DNA from: a bacterium
GTDB lineage: Bacteria > UBA8248
Assembly (NCBI GenBank): GCA_965203325.1
Contig: OZ241875.1
Span: 3,936,001-4,000,000 of the forward strand
Length of the DNA stretch: 64,000 nucleotides
Reading direction: 5' to 3'
Each line of letters starts with the position of its first letter. The stretch's first letter is position 1. A program made the translations under genes and the position numbers. Below the pieces are notes generated by a model. It did not search any database and was not told where the DNA came from. It worked only from the letters and a program-made list of their open reading frames with translations. Of the stretch, positions 40,757 through 50,079 are shown in pieces.

Positions 40757-42160
40757 ATGGCGGGTCGTTTCGTGATCGAAAACGCCTGCGTCCTCACCCA
40801 GAACGAGGCGCGTGAGGTCATCCCCCGTGCGTCGGTGCTCGTCGAGGATGGCCGCGTCGCGGAGATCTCAGTATCCCGAATTAACGCAGGCGCAGCGCAG
40901 GTGGTCGACGGCGAGGGGATGGCGCTCATGCCGGGGCTGGTGAACGCCCACAGCCACATCATGTGCATTCTTTTGCGGGGCGGCCTGGGTGCGGACAGGC
41001 GGCTGATGGACTGGCGCCTGAACGTCATGGCGCCCGGCCAGGTGGCCTATACGCCCGGGGATGCGGCGCTCTCCGTAAAACTCTTCGCGTGCGAGGCGAT
41101 TCGCTCGGGCACCACCGCGGTCGTGACGAACGAGCGCATCCCCATCCCGCTGGCCGAGGCGATGATAGAGGCCATGGACGATTCGGGCATGCGGAGCGTC
41201 TTCGCCTTGAGTTTCAACGAGATGTCGCCACAGGGAAAACTCGCCGAGCGGGCGCATTCCCACATCGCCGCCTGGGGCAAGACCTTTCCGCCTAGCCTCA
41301 AGACGAGGGATGAGGTGTTCGAGGAGACTTCCCACCTGGTGGACAAGTACCACGGTCGCTCAAATGGCCGGGTTCTCGTCTGGCCGGGGCCGAACATCCC
41401 CGTCTACGTGAAGCCCGAAACCTTCCGCGAGGTGGACGAATGGGCCGGCGCGCGCGGCCTTCGCGTTTCCACGCACGTCTCGGAAGACCCGATGGAATCG
41501 GAAGTAGGCGGTCTTCCCGTCGTGCAGCACCTGGCCGCCTGGGGCCTGCTCTCGGAGCGCCTGGTGGCGGGCCACTGCATTCACTTGAGCGAGGAGGACA
41601 TACGGCTCCTCAAGGAATCAGGCACGCAGGCCGTGCACCTGCCCTCGAGCAACATGTATCTCGGCTCCGGAATATCGCCCGTGCCCAGGATGCTGGGTTA
41701 CGGCATTCCCGTGGCCTTGGGTACGGACAATGCGAATTGCAATGATCTCGCCAACATGTTCTGGGAGATGCGCCTCGCCTGCCTGCTCCACAAGGGGGTG
41801 CACCAGGACCCCGCTGCCATCACGGCGCAGGAGGTGCTCGACATGGCCACGCGCAACGGCGCGCGCGCGCTCGGCCTGGAAGAAGAAATCGGGAGCATCG
41901 AGGTGGGTAAGCGGGCGGACATGATTCTGCTCGACATGAGCGGTCCCCACATGTTCCCGAACCACCATCTGCCTTCCATCCTCACCTATCAGGCGCACGG
42001 GACGGAGGTGCGCTGGGTCTGGGTGGACGGCGAGCCGCTCATGGAGGCGGGGCGTTTGAGCAAGATAAGCGAAGATGAGGAACGCGCGATTCGCGAGGGG
42101 GCGCAGGCGGCGTCTGCGGCTATCGTCGAGCGCGCGGGCCTGATGGTTCCGGGAGTTTGA
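40757..42160 (+). CDS. Amidohydrolase family deaminase (AtzA/AtzB/TriA/MtaD-like)
   Basis: PGLVNAHSH, THVSE, AGHCIH, LGTD, GSIEVGKRAD; SD GGAGG before ATG 40757. Confidence 0.92.
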   Translation: MAGRFVIENACVLTQNEAREVIPRASVLVEDGRVAEISVSRINAGAAQVVDGEGMALMPGLVNAHSHIMCILLRGGLGADRRLMDWRLNVMAPGQVAYTPGDAALSVKLFACEAIRSGTTAVVTNERIPIPLAEAMIEAMDDSGMRSVFALSFNEMSPQGKLAERAHSHIAAWGKTFPPSLKTRDEVFEETSHLVDKYHGRSNGRVLVWPGPNIPVYVKPETFREVDEWAGARGLRVSTHVSEDPMESEVGGLPVVQHLAAWGLLSERLVAGHCIHLSEEDIRLLKESGTQAVHLPSSNMYLGSGISPVPRMLGYGIPVALGTDNANCNDLANMFWEMRLACLLHKGVHQDPAAITAQEVLDMATRNGARALGLEEEIGSIEVGKRADMILLDMSGPHMFPNHHLPSILTYQAHGTEVRWVWVDGEPLMEAGRLSKISEDEERAIREGAQAASAAIVERAGLMVPGV

Positions 42161-42208
42161 TGCGGCGCTTGCGCATCGAGCGCTTTTGACGAATGAGGAG
42201 GCCCAATC

Positions 42209-43315
42209 GTGTTTGATACCCAGGTGGTGAAATTTCAGATGTCGGGGCCCGAGGACGTCTCGGGCCTCGCGGCGGCGGTGGCGGAAGGCCGGATTCAGGC
42301 GGCGGACATTCAGGCCATCATCGCCAAGACCGAGGGCAACGGCCGGGTGAACGACTATTCGAGGCCCTACGCGCTCCATTCCTTCGAGGACTACATGATG
42401 GAGAAGCTCGATCTTTCCCGCGACGAGGTGCAGGGCATGTGCGCCATGGTGATGTCGGGCGGATGCGAGGGGATCATGAGTCCACACGCGGTGGCGTTTT
42501 CCAAGACCGACGTGGGCGACGCCGAGAGCCCCGGCGAGAAACGCCTCTCCATGGGAGTCGCCTTCACCCGTGAGCTTTTGCCCGAGGAGTTGGGCACGAT
42601 GGCGCAGGTGGACATCGTGGCCGAGGCGGCCGCGAAGGCGATCGAGAAGGCGGGCGTGGATTCGCTGGATGACGTGGGCTACGTGCAGGTGAAGTGCCCG
42701 CTCCTGACGTCGGACCGCATCAACGATGCGGCCTCGCGCGGCAAGAAAGTCGTGAGCACGGACACCACGCGTTCGATGAGCCTCTCGAACGGCTGCTCGG
42801 CCCTCGGCGCGGCGGTGGGCATCGGGGAGATCCCCCGCGATTCGTTCGAGATAACCGACGTGTGCAGCCGGGGCGACCTGTATTCGGAGATGATCTCCTG
42901 CTCGGCGGGCGTGGAACTCATGCGTTCGGAAGTCGTCGTGTTGGCGAATTCCTCACAATCCGTGAGCCGCTACAAGATCGGCCGGGCGGTGATGCAGAAC
43001 CTGATCGACGCAGACGCCGTCCGTCAGGCGCTCAGAAACGCCGGGCTCGCCTTTGACGGCCTGCCAAGTCAGGGCGATTTGAACAAAGTGGTGCACGCGT
43101 TCGCGAAAGCCGGCGCGCCGTGGGACGGCAGGCTTCTGGGCAAGCGCGTCACGTTGCTCACGGATTCGGTTCTGGGCACGCGGCCCGTGCGCGCGGTGGC
43201 GAACGCCGTCATTGCATCGGTGGTGCAGGACCCGGCGGTCTACGTCTCGGCGGGCCTCGTTTTCCACCAGGGGCCGGTGGGGGGCGGCGTGGTTTCCGCC
43301 ATCATCGAGGCGTAG
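42209..43315 (+). CDS. Ring-opening cyclic amide hydrolase (cyanuric acid hydrolase AtzD/barbiturase family)
   Basis: KTEGNGRVNDYSR, VMSGGCEG, VQVKCPLLT, SCSAGVE, YVSAG..HQGPVGGG. Confidence 0.93.
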   Translation: MFDTQVVKFQMSGPEDVSGLAAAVAEGRIQAADIQAIIAKTEGNGRVNDYSRPYALHSFEDYMMEKLDLSRDEVQGMCAMVMSGGCEGIMSPHAVAFSKTDVGDAESPGEKRLSMGVAFTRELLPEELGTMAQVDIVAEAAAKAIEKAGVDSLDDVGYVQVKCPLLTSDRINDAASRGKKVVSTDTTRSMSLSNGCSALGAAVGIGEIPRDSFEITDVCSRGDLYSEMISCSAGVELMRSEVVVLANSSQSVSRYKIGRAVMQNLIDADAVRQALRNAGLAFDGLPSQGDLNKVVHAFAKAGAPWDGRLLGKRVTLLTDSVLGTRPVRAVANAVIASVVQDPAVYVSAGLVFHQGPVGGGVVSAIIEA

Positions 43316-43429
43316 AGATGGAGTGAAGGGCAGAATGGTCAGGGAGAAGAGCGCCTGGAAAATTTTGATGATAAGGTGTTGAAATATATGGAACTGAGAT
43401 TTTCCGGCGCTTGTGAGAACAAAAAATGC

Positions 43430-43458
43430 TTGACACGGAAACCGTCATTCGCTACGAT
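43430..43458 (+). promoter_or_regulatory. Strong sigma70-type promoter
   Basis: TTGACA-17 nt-TACGAT with an A-tract upstream. Confidence 0.75.
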
Positions 43459-43497
43459 TTTAGAGTACAAATCGCAAGTAGCAAGAGGAGGGCTGTC

Positions 43498-43593
43498 ATG
43501 GTAAGAAACTTGATAGTAACCGCCTACGACACATCTCTCCGGAGGGTTCTGAAAACGGCTCACCACCGGAAGAGGGTTCTGAAAAAACCCTAA
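43498..43593 (+). CDS. Small basic ORF, 31 aa (MVRNLIVTAYDTSLRRVLKTAHHRKRVLKKP)
   Basis: AGGAGG 6 nt before the ATG; lies between a promoter and a terminator. Confidence 0.5.
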   Translation: MVRNLIVTAYDTSLRRVLKTAHHRKRVLKKP

Positions 43594-43645
43594 ACTGCCC
43601 CTTGGTGTTACCTGAAACGGAACATTGAGGGAAACTCAAAAACAG

Positions 43646-43678
43646 CAGGCGGCGTCGACGGGCGTCGCCTGTTTTTTT
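43646..43678 (+). terminator. Intrinsic terminator
   Basis: CAGGCGGCGTC-GACG-GGCGTCGCCTG followed by T7. Confidence 0.8.
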
Positions 43679-43739
43679 GCGCGTTTTTGGAGGAGGGCGG
43701 GGAGACCCCCTCTCCTCCGAAAGCGTCGAAGCCCTCCTT

Positions 43740-43776
43740 CCTCACCCTGAGTAGCGGCGAAGCCGCGTATCGAAGG
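43740..43776. repeat. REP-like repeat family A (CCTCATCCTGAGTAG..hairpin..GTATCGAAGG)
   Basis: Other copies at 35354-35391(-), 50131-50168(+), 50208-50244(-), 55452-55488(+), 55529-55567(-). Confidence 0.85.
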
Positions 43777-43783
43777 GGGGCCA

Positions 43784-44221
43784 CTACTCCCCGTGTCCCG
43801 GCGGGCGGCCCCGGTTCATCTCGTCGGGTTCTTCGGCGAACTCCATGCGGCTCTTGATGGCGTCTATCGTGAAATCTTCCTTGTCACCGGCCAGTTCGGG
43901 GTTCCACATCGGGTAGAACACCTCGAGCGCCATCCCCGGCTCATCGCTCACCAGCTTCAACGTGTGCATCGCGCCCGCCTTGACGTGCACCACGTCGCCC
44001 GGCCCGATCCGCCGCACCTCGTCTTCGAGCGTGAACTCCCACTCGCCCGCCTGGATGTAGAAGAACTCCTCGTGATCGGGGTGGTTGTGCAGCTTCGACG
44101 GCGTGCCGCCCGGCTCGGTAATGAGGTGCTGCATCTGGATGTTGTCGCCGAAGATCCGCCGGTGCGCGACGCCGGGGCGGTCGTGGCTCAAGGGGAGCAT
44201 GTCCCAGTTGTAGAAACTCAT
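43784..44221 (-). CDS. Cupin domain protein
   Basis: LHNHPDHEEFFYIQAG...GPGDVVHVKAGAMH. Confidence 0.9.
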   Translation of the reverse strand: MSFYNWDMLPLSHDRPGVAHRRIFGDNIQMQHLITEPGGTPSKLHNHPDHEEFFYIQAGEWEFTLEDEVRRIGPGDVVHVKAGAMHTLKLVSDEPGMALEVFYPMWNPELAGDKEDFTIDAIKSRMEFAEEPDEMNRGRPPGHGE

Positions 44222-44469
44222 GGTGTATTCCTTCATCGTGAGAGGCGGAAAAAATTTCGTTTTTGAACACGAAGCCTTGACGTATTCGGCCTCGTGAAGC
44301 ATGCGCGGGCATTCTAGGGGCAGGAGACGGAATAAGACAATCCGCGCACCTGGCCACATGGGTGAAAGGAGGCAGGGACCCTGCTTTGTCTGGCCGTGCG
44401 CGCCTCTGTAGGATACACTCTTCCTACTCGCATTCTACTTTACGTGGTGATTCGGAAGAGGAGATGGAT

Positions 44470-45993
44470 ATGCGGTTCTCCGTTGTGGGTGGTGACGGCT
44501 TCGACCAGGGGACGGACGCCCTGGTTTGCCTCATGGCGAAAGATGAGAAAGACGAGCGGCTCGAAAAATCTCTGGGCAGCGCCTTGGGCTCCTTGCGCGA
44601 GCGCAAGGTTTTTGGGGGAAAGGAAGGGCAAGTCTCCGTTCTGCCGGTTCCCGAGGGGGGCGGAGCGCCCGATTTCGTGATTCTCGCAGGCCTGGGGGAG
44701 AAGATAACGCCCGAATCGGTTCGCTGCGCCGGCGCTCTGGCGGCCAGGCGCGCGCGCTTAGAGGGGCTTGAGAGCGTTGCGATCTCGGCTTCTTCCGTTG
44801 TTGGCGATGACCTTGATGCCCGCGGGGCGGCCCAGGCGATTGTCGAGGGCGTAGGGCTCGGGCTCTACCGGATGGACAAGTACAAGAGTGCGGATGATGA
44901 CGAGAAAGCCGAGGTCTCACGCGTCGTTCTCTGCGGCGGGGCCGGCGGGAACCTGAGCGCGATGCGGCGCGGCGTGCGCTACGGGCGCGCTCTGTGCGAG
45001 GGAACGAACTACGCGCGCGACCTCATCAACACGCCCAGCAACGAGAAGCGCCCGCCCGCACTCGCCGATATGGCGCGCGCGATGGCGCGGCGCGAGGGCC
45101 TTCGCTGCCGCGTGCTGGACGAGAAACAGATGGCGAGGCAGAAGATGGGCGCGCTTCTCTCCGTAAGCCGGGGCAGCAGCGAACCGGCGCGCATGGTCAT
45201 TCTGGAGTACAGGCCGCAGGGCGCGCGGACGAAACCCATCGCCTTCGTCGGGAAGGGCGTTACGTTCGATACCGGCGGCATCTCCATCAAGCCGAGCGGC
45301 GGTCTCGAACTCATGACGACCGACATGAGCGGCGCCGCCGCCGTACTTGGCGCGATGCTCGCCGTCGCGCGCTCGAAGCCCCGCGTGCCCGTGGTGGGCG
45401 TGGCCGGCCTCGTGGAGAACATGGTGGACGGCGACGCCACCCGCCCCGGCGACATCGTGCGCTCCATGAAGGGAACGACGGTGGAAATCCACAACACGGA
45501 CGCCGAGGGCCGGCTCGTACTCGCCGACGCGCTCCACTACACGCGCGAGAAATACGAGCCCCAGTGCATGATCGATCTGGCCACCTTGACGGGCGCGTGC
45601 ATGGTGGCCCTCGGCCAGAAAGTGACCGGCATGTACGGAACGCACGATGAGTTGCTGGAGCGGGTGCGCGACCTGGGCGAGCGCACCGGCGACCGCGTCT
45701 GGCACATGCCGCTCTTCCCGGAATACGGCGAGGCGATGAAGGGCAAGATAGCCGACATGTGCAACATCTCGGGCGCGCGGTGGGGCGGCGCCAACACCGC
45801 GGCGGCCTTCCTGCAGCACTTCGCCGACGAGACGCCCTGGGTGCATCTCGACATCGCGGGGCCCTCGCACACCGGAAAAGCCGAACCCTACCGCCCCGAG
45901 GGCGGCACGGGCGTGGGCGTGCGGATTCTCGCGGAGCTTGCGATGGCCTGGAAGCGCCTCTCGCCCCAGGAGGGCAAGGCCTACGGGTGTTAG
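44470..45993 (+). CDS. pepA: Leucyl aminopeptidase (M17)
   Basis: VGKGVTFDTGG, DMSGAA, NTDAEGRL, DLATLTGA, WVHLDIAG. Confidence 0.95.
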   Translation: MRFSVVGGDGFDQGTDALVCLMAKDEKDERLEKSLGSALGSLRERKVFGGKEGQVSVLPVPEGGGAPDFVILAGLGEKITPESVRCAGALAARRARLEGLESVAISASSVVGDDLDARGAAQAIVEGVGLGLYRMDKYKSADDDEKAEVSRVVLCGGAGGNLSAMRRGVRYGRALCEGTNYARDLINTPSNEKRPPALADMARAMARREGLRCRVLDEKQMARQKMGALLSVSRGSSEPARMVILEYRPQGARTKPIAFVGKGVTFDTGGISIKPSGGLELMTTDMSGAAAVLGAMLAVARSKPRVPVVGVAGLVENMVDGDATRPGDIVRSMKGTTVEIHNTDAEGRLVLADALHYTREKYEPQCMIDLATLTGACMVALGQKVTGMYGTHDELLERVRDLGERTGDRVWHMPLFPEYGEAMKGKIADMCNISGARWGGANTAAAFLQHFADETPWVHLDIAGPSHTGKAEPYRPEGGTGVGVRILAELAMAWKRLSPQEGKAYGC

Positions 45994-46109
45994 GGGGCGA
46001 GCGCGTCGCTAGATTCACGACGCCCATGTACCAGGTTTGAAAGCAGATCGAACCTGACGCCTTGCCTGCGTATCCAGGCTTCAAGGTGCGTCAGGCCATT
46101 CCTATCTTT

Positions 46110-46322
46110 TCATAATAGCTTGCGGAATTCATCAACGCTCAGACCGGCGGCCCTGACGATCACGCCCATGGTGACCGCGTTGACTGGGTTGTTCCTCGGG
46201 ACCGTCAATACGCGTACGCCATCCGTCATTACGATGTGTTTGCCTTGACGAAGAATACGGAAGCCGGCCTTTTCCAGGGCACGCACCGCATGCAGGTGGT
46301 TGACTCCCGGGATCTTCGGCAC
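46110..46322 (-). CDS. hicA: HicA family toxin
   Basis: ALEKAGF..RQGKHIVM..TVPR; 70 aa. Confidence 0.88.
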   Translation of the reverse strand: MPKIPGVNHLHAVRALEKAGFRILRQGKHIVMTDGVRVLTVPRNNPVNAVTMGVIVRAAGLSVDEFRKLL

Positions 46323-46324
46323 GG

Positions 46325-46522
46325 CTAGACGGCCACTTCGATTTCCCGTATATCTCCGCCCTCCAGGAGATCCTCCACGGCCCTAAGGTATTCCCTGGCA
46401 GCTATCTCAATGTTGGAGATCGCCTCCGCCTCCGTTTCTCCCTGCGAGCAGCAACCCGGCAGGCCCGGGACCCATACGCTATAACCTTCCTCAGAGTGGT
46501 GAAGAACGATTTTGTATTTCAT
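46325..46522 (-). CDS. hicB: HicB family antitoxin (short form, no DNA-binding domain)
   Basis: YSVWVPGLPGCCSQGETEAEA. Confidence 0.88.
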   Translation of the reverse strand: MKYKIVLHHSEEGYSVWVPGLPGCCSQGETEAEAISNIEIAAREYLRAVEDLLEGGDIREIEVAV

Positions 46523-46648
46523 ATTGCGCGTCTCCTTACCCCTAGGTTACTGAGCATCAGGCATTCTATGTTTCTTGACCCGGCTTTTCAATAATGGTTT
46601 CAAGAAGCCGAAGACCAGATATGACAATAGCAGCAGTTTACTTTGTGG

Positions 46649-47674
46649 CTATTCCACCACGAACGCCTTCGAGACGGGCCGGTTCGTGTTGTTCCATCCC
46701 GGGATGATGAACGAAGAAGGTCCGGGGAGGCCGCCCGCCACGAGGAGGGTGACGTCTTCAGGCTGCCTGATCATGGGCGCCATGCAGTCGTCATCGTCGT
46801 GATCCACCCACCCGGGCCACTCGCTCTTCTCTTTCCCCCGGTAGCGGCCGCCGCGTTTTAGCAGCCCCACGGGCAGGCGGGCGCGTTTTGCAAGTCCTTG
46901 TTTCGCGTCGTCCCGGCTGAATCCGTGGTCGGCGAGAAGCTGCGCGTGTTCGGGCCCCATGATCACCGTGAGTCCCACGGGCGAGTAGGCGTGGCGCGTG
47001 CCCATGGTGGAGATGGTGCTCGCAATCGTAGTAAGCACGCCGTCCGGGTGGTCGCTCGAATCATCGAGCGCGACGCGCGGGCCTTCCCCCGCGCAGGCGG
47101 TGACGACGTTTTCTTCCTTTTCAAATCCGCGCTCCTCGGCGAGCGAAGGCCAGGGGCTGATTTCCTCGTTCTCGCGCAGGCAGTAAGCGAACTTGCTCGG
47201 GCTTCCGAACGTGCTCATGTCCACCACGCCGGGGATGCCGCCCCCCAGGTTCAGGAGCATGAGCCTGAGCGCGCGGCCGATGGTCGCGTTGGCCCGAAAG
47301 CCCGGTCCCAGGCATCCCGTGCCGCCGTGGACCCCGATCTCGCGCGGGTAGGGGCCGTTCATGACGATGAGGGGGCCGGCGGGGTTCATCGTCGCCTGAA
47401 TGCCGTTCATGTTGAAGCGAGGGTCCAGAATGCACGATAGCGCGCACAGAAGCGCCGGGAAGTATTCGGGCTTGCAACCCGCCATGACGGCGTGGAGCGC
47501 GACGGCTTCCATCGTGGCGAGGTGATTCGCCGGCGGCACGTGGCCGATGAGCGTATCGAACGCATGATCTCCCAGCATGTCCGAGAGGCGCTCTTCGGTC
47601 GGCACGACGACGGGCAGGCCGTCGGACCAGGGCTGCGCGAAGAAATGCTCGACCGGGTCTAGAGCGTCCGCCAT
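46649..47674 (-). CDS. Conserved hypothetical protein (WSDGLPVVxPT family, resembles partners of UGSC-type thioredoxin-like proteins)
   Basis: WSDGLPVVVPT, AVMAGCKPEY, GFRANATIGRALRL motifs; 10 nt downstream of the citE-like gene. Confidence 0.65.
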   Translation of the reverse strand: MADALDPVEHFFAQPWSDGLPVVVPTEERLSDMLGDHAFDTLIGHVPPANHLATMEAVALHAVMAGCKPEYFPALLCALSCILDPRFNMNGIQATMNPAGPLIVMNGPYPREIGVHGGTGCLGPGFRANATIGRALRLMLLNLGGGIPGVVDMSTFGSPSKFAYCLRENEEISPWPSLAEERGFEKEENVVTACAGEGPRVALDDSSDHPDGVLTTIASTISTMGTRHAYSPVGLTVIMGPEHAQLLADHGFSRDDAKQGLAKRARLPVGLLKRGGRYRGKEKSEWPGWVDHDDDDCMAPMIRQPEDVTLLVAGGLPGPSSFIIPGWNNTNRPVSKAFVVE

Positions 47675-47684
47675 TTGCTTAAGC

Positions 47685-48599
47685 CTATGCTCTTTCGGCG
47701 ATGGCGCGGGCGCGCGCGAGTACGTTCTCGGCGTGCTTGACCATGGCGACGTCGATCATCTTCCCCTGGAAGGAGACCGCGCCCAATCCTTGCGCCTCGC
47801 CCTCGCGGTAGGCTTCGGCCATCTCGGTGTAGTAGGAGATCTCTTCTTCGCTCGGCGAATAGACGTCGTTGAAGATCGGCACCTGCCTGGGATGGATGGC
47901 CGCCTTGCCGGTGTAGCCGAGTTTTTTGGCGAACTCCGCGTCCGCCCGGCAGCCGTCGTCGTCCTGCAGGCGCATGTAGACGCCGTCGGTGGGGTGGGGC
48001 AGCCGCGCGGCGCGCGCCTCGACGAGTACCTTGCTGCGCGTGTAGAGGAGCGTCGTGCCGTCTTCGGTCCAGGTGGCCCCCAGGCTGCGGCAGAGATCCG
48101 CATCCTCCGCACTCCCCAGGTTCACGCCCACCACGCGGTCCGCCGCCTTGCAGATGTCGTAGCAATGCACGACGCCCGAGGCGCTCTCGATCTGGGCGAT
48201 GACCCCGACGCCGCCTTCTTCCAGGCCGCGCTCGCGCTCGTATTTCGAAAGCAGCGCATCGGCGGTTCTCACGTCCGCAGCGCTCTCGGGTTTCGGCAGG
48301 AATATGCCGTCGAGTCCTTGGGTCATGATGGCAGCAATGTCTTCTTCGAGCATGCCCGATTCCACGTCGTTCACGCGCACGAGAATTGTTGAGGGGCCGC
48401 CGGGCGCGCCGCTCGTCTCCGCGATGCCTGCGCGCACGAGTTCGCGCGCCGCCTGCTTCATCTGGGGGGCGACGGAATCCTCGAGATCGAACAGGGCGGC
48501 GTCCGCCTCGATGGTGGGACCTTTCCCCACCATCTTCTCGCTCGAACCGGGGATGAAGAGCATGGAGCGCAAGGGGGTGTCGATGTCTGGTCTGGCCAT
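47685..48599 (-). CDS. CitE/malyl-CoA lyase family CoA-ester lyase
   Basis: RSMLFIPG, DLEDSV, VRVN, LPK, GKAAIHPRQ. Confidence 0.92.
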   Translation of the reverse strand: MARPDIDTPLRSMLFIPGSSEKMVGKGPTIEADAALFDLEDSVAPQMKQAARELVRAGIAETSGAPGGPSTILVRVNDVESGMLEEDIAAIMTQGLDGIFLPKPESAADVRTADALLSKYERERGLEEGGVGVIAQIESASGVVHCYDICKAADRVVGVNLGSAEDADLCRSLGATWTEDGTTLLYTRSKVLVEARAARLPHPTDGVYMRLQDDDGCRADAEFAKKLGYTGKAAIHPRQVPIFNDVYSPSEEEISYYTEMAEAYREGEAQGLGAVSFQGKMIDVAMVKHAENVLARARAIAERA

Positions 48600-48682
48600 G
48601 GGATTTCTTACTCCTCTTTCAATTCGTGGCCGATCCGTGGACGCGAATCGTCGATTGTGAATCCGCCTATGGGTTTTGGTAT

Positions 48683-49966
48683 TCAGTATTCCAAAAGGGA
48701 AAAGTCCATGTTCTCAAGCGCTGCGCGGACGTCGGAGATGAACCTGCCCGCCGCCATGCCGTCGTTCACGCGGTGATCGAAGGTGATCGCCAGAATCATG
48801 ACGGGCCGCACGGAGACCGAGCCGTTCGGAAGCGCCACCGGGCGCGGCGCGATCGCTCCCGTGCCGATGATGGCCACCTCGGGCGGGTTGATGATGGGAT
48901 TGCCGCCCAGCGCGCCCGAAGCGCCGAAATTGGTGAGCGTGAGCGTTCCGCCCCGGACGTCGTCGGGCGTGAGCGCGCCCTCGCGCGCGCGGGCTCCCAG
49001 ATCGCCGAGCCGGAGGGATAGCTCCACGAGGTTCATGGCGTCCGCCGATTTCAAGACGGGAACCACGAGGCCGCCCGGAGAATCCACGGCGACGCCCAGG
49101 TTCAGGTAGCGCCTGATGGTGAGGGCGTCGTCTTGAAAAGTGCCGTTAAAGCGCTCGTTATCGGTGTTTCTTAACGCGTGGACGAGCGCCATGATAAAAA
49201 AGGGCGTGTAGGTGAGGTTTACGCCGTGTTTCTCGCGAAACGCCTCCTTGTTCGCGTCCCGAAAGGCCGACACGCCGCTCATGTCGACTTCCAGCCAGCT
49301 TGTGACCTGGGGGATTTCCTGTACGGAGCGGGTCAAGTTCTCGGCGATTCGTTTTCGGACCCTGCTGAGTGGCTCCACGCGCTCATCATGGTCTTCGCTA
49401 AGCGGCTCGGTGGACATCTCGATCCTGGGCGGTGCGCCGCCGCCCGCGATGAACGCCTCCACGTCGCGCGCGCTGACCCTTCCGCCCGCTCCCGTGCCCT
49501 GTATGCCGGCGATTACGCTGAGATCGACCCCGTGCGCGGCGGCGAGGCTTTGGACACGGGGGGAGAGCCAGGTTTTCCTGTCTCCTGAGGAACGCGGCGC
49601 TTTTTCCACCCGCGCCGCCGGGATGACGGGTTTTTCCCTGGGTTTCAGCGGCGCGACGGGAGCCGCCCAGTCGCTCGCGCCCGATTCCGGCTCTTCCGGC
49701 TCTGGCGTTTCGTCTGCGACCTCGGTTTCGGTCTCCATGGTCGCCAGCACTTCGCCCACGGGCACCGTCTCCTCGGCTTCCGCCAGGATTTCCGTTATCA
49801 CGCCGTCTGCGGGAGCCTCGACCTCGAACTCCACCTTGTCGCTCTCTGCGGAGAGGAGCACCTCGCCCTGCGCCACCGTATCGCCCACCGCCTTCTTCCA
49901 GGCCACCACCGTGCTCTCGTGCACGCTGGTTCCCATGCGGGGCATTCTGATGCGCGCGATGTACAT
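48683..49966 (-). CDS. 2-oxoacid dehydrogenase E2 (dihydrolipoamide acyltransferase)
   Basis: Lipoyl ESDKV, E3-binding GTGAGGRVS, catalytic FDHRVNDG. Confidence 0.95.
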   Translation of the reverse strand: MYIARIRMPRMGTSVHESTVVAWKKAVGDTVAQGEVLLSAESDKVEFEVEAPADGVITEILAEAEETVPVGEVLATMETETEVADETPEPEEPESGASDWAAPVAPLKPREKPVIPAARVEKAPRSSGDRKTWLSPRVQSLAAAHGVDLSVIAGIQGTGAGGRVSARDVEAFIAGGGAPPRIEMSTEPLSEDHDERVEPLSRVRKRIAENLTRSVQEIPQVTSWLEVDMSGVSAFRDANKEAFREKHGVNLTYTPFFIMALVHALRNTDNERFNGTFQDDALTIRRYLNLGVAVDSPGGLVVPVLKSADAMNLVELSLRLGDLGARAREGALTPDDVRGGTLTLTNFGASGALGGNPIINPPEVAIIGTGAIAPRPVALPNGSVSVRPVMILAITFDHRVNDGMAAGRFISDVRAALENMDFSLLEY

Positions 49967-50079
49967 GGGGGCTCCTTCAAGCGTGATGGGGAATTTCCTG
50001 GGGAGTATATACCAGAATCCGTTCCGTATTTACAAAAGCGGGGCGCGCCCGTCATCCCGGTCTCAAACCCGGCCGATGA

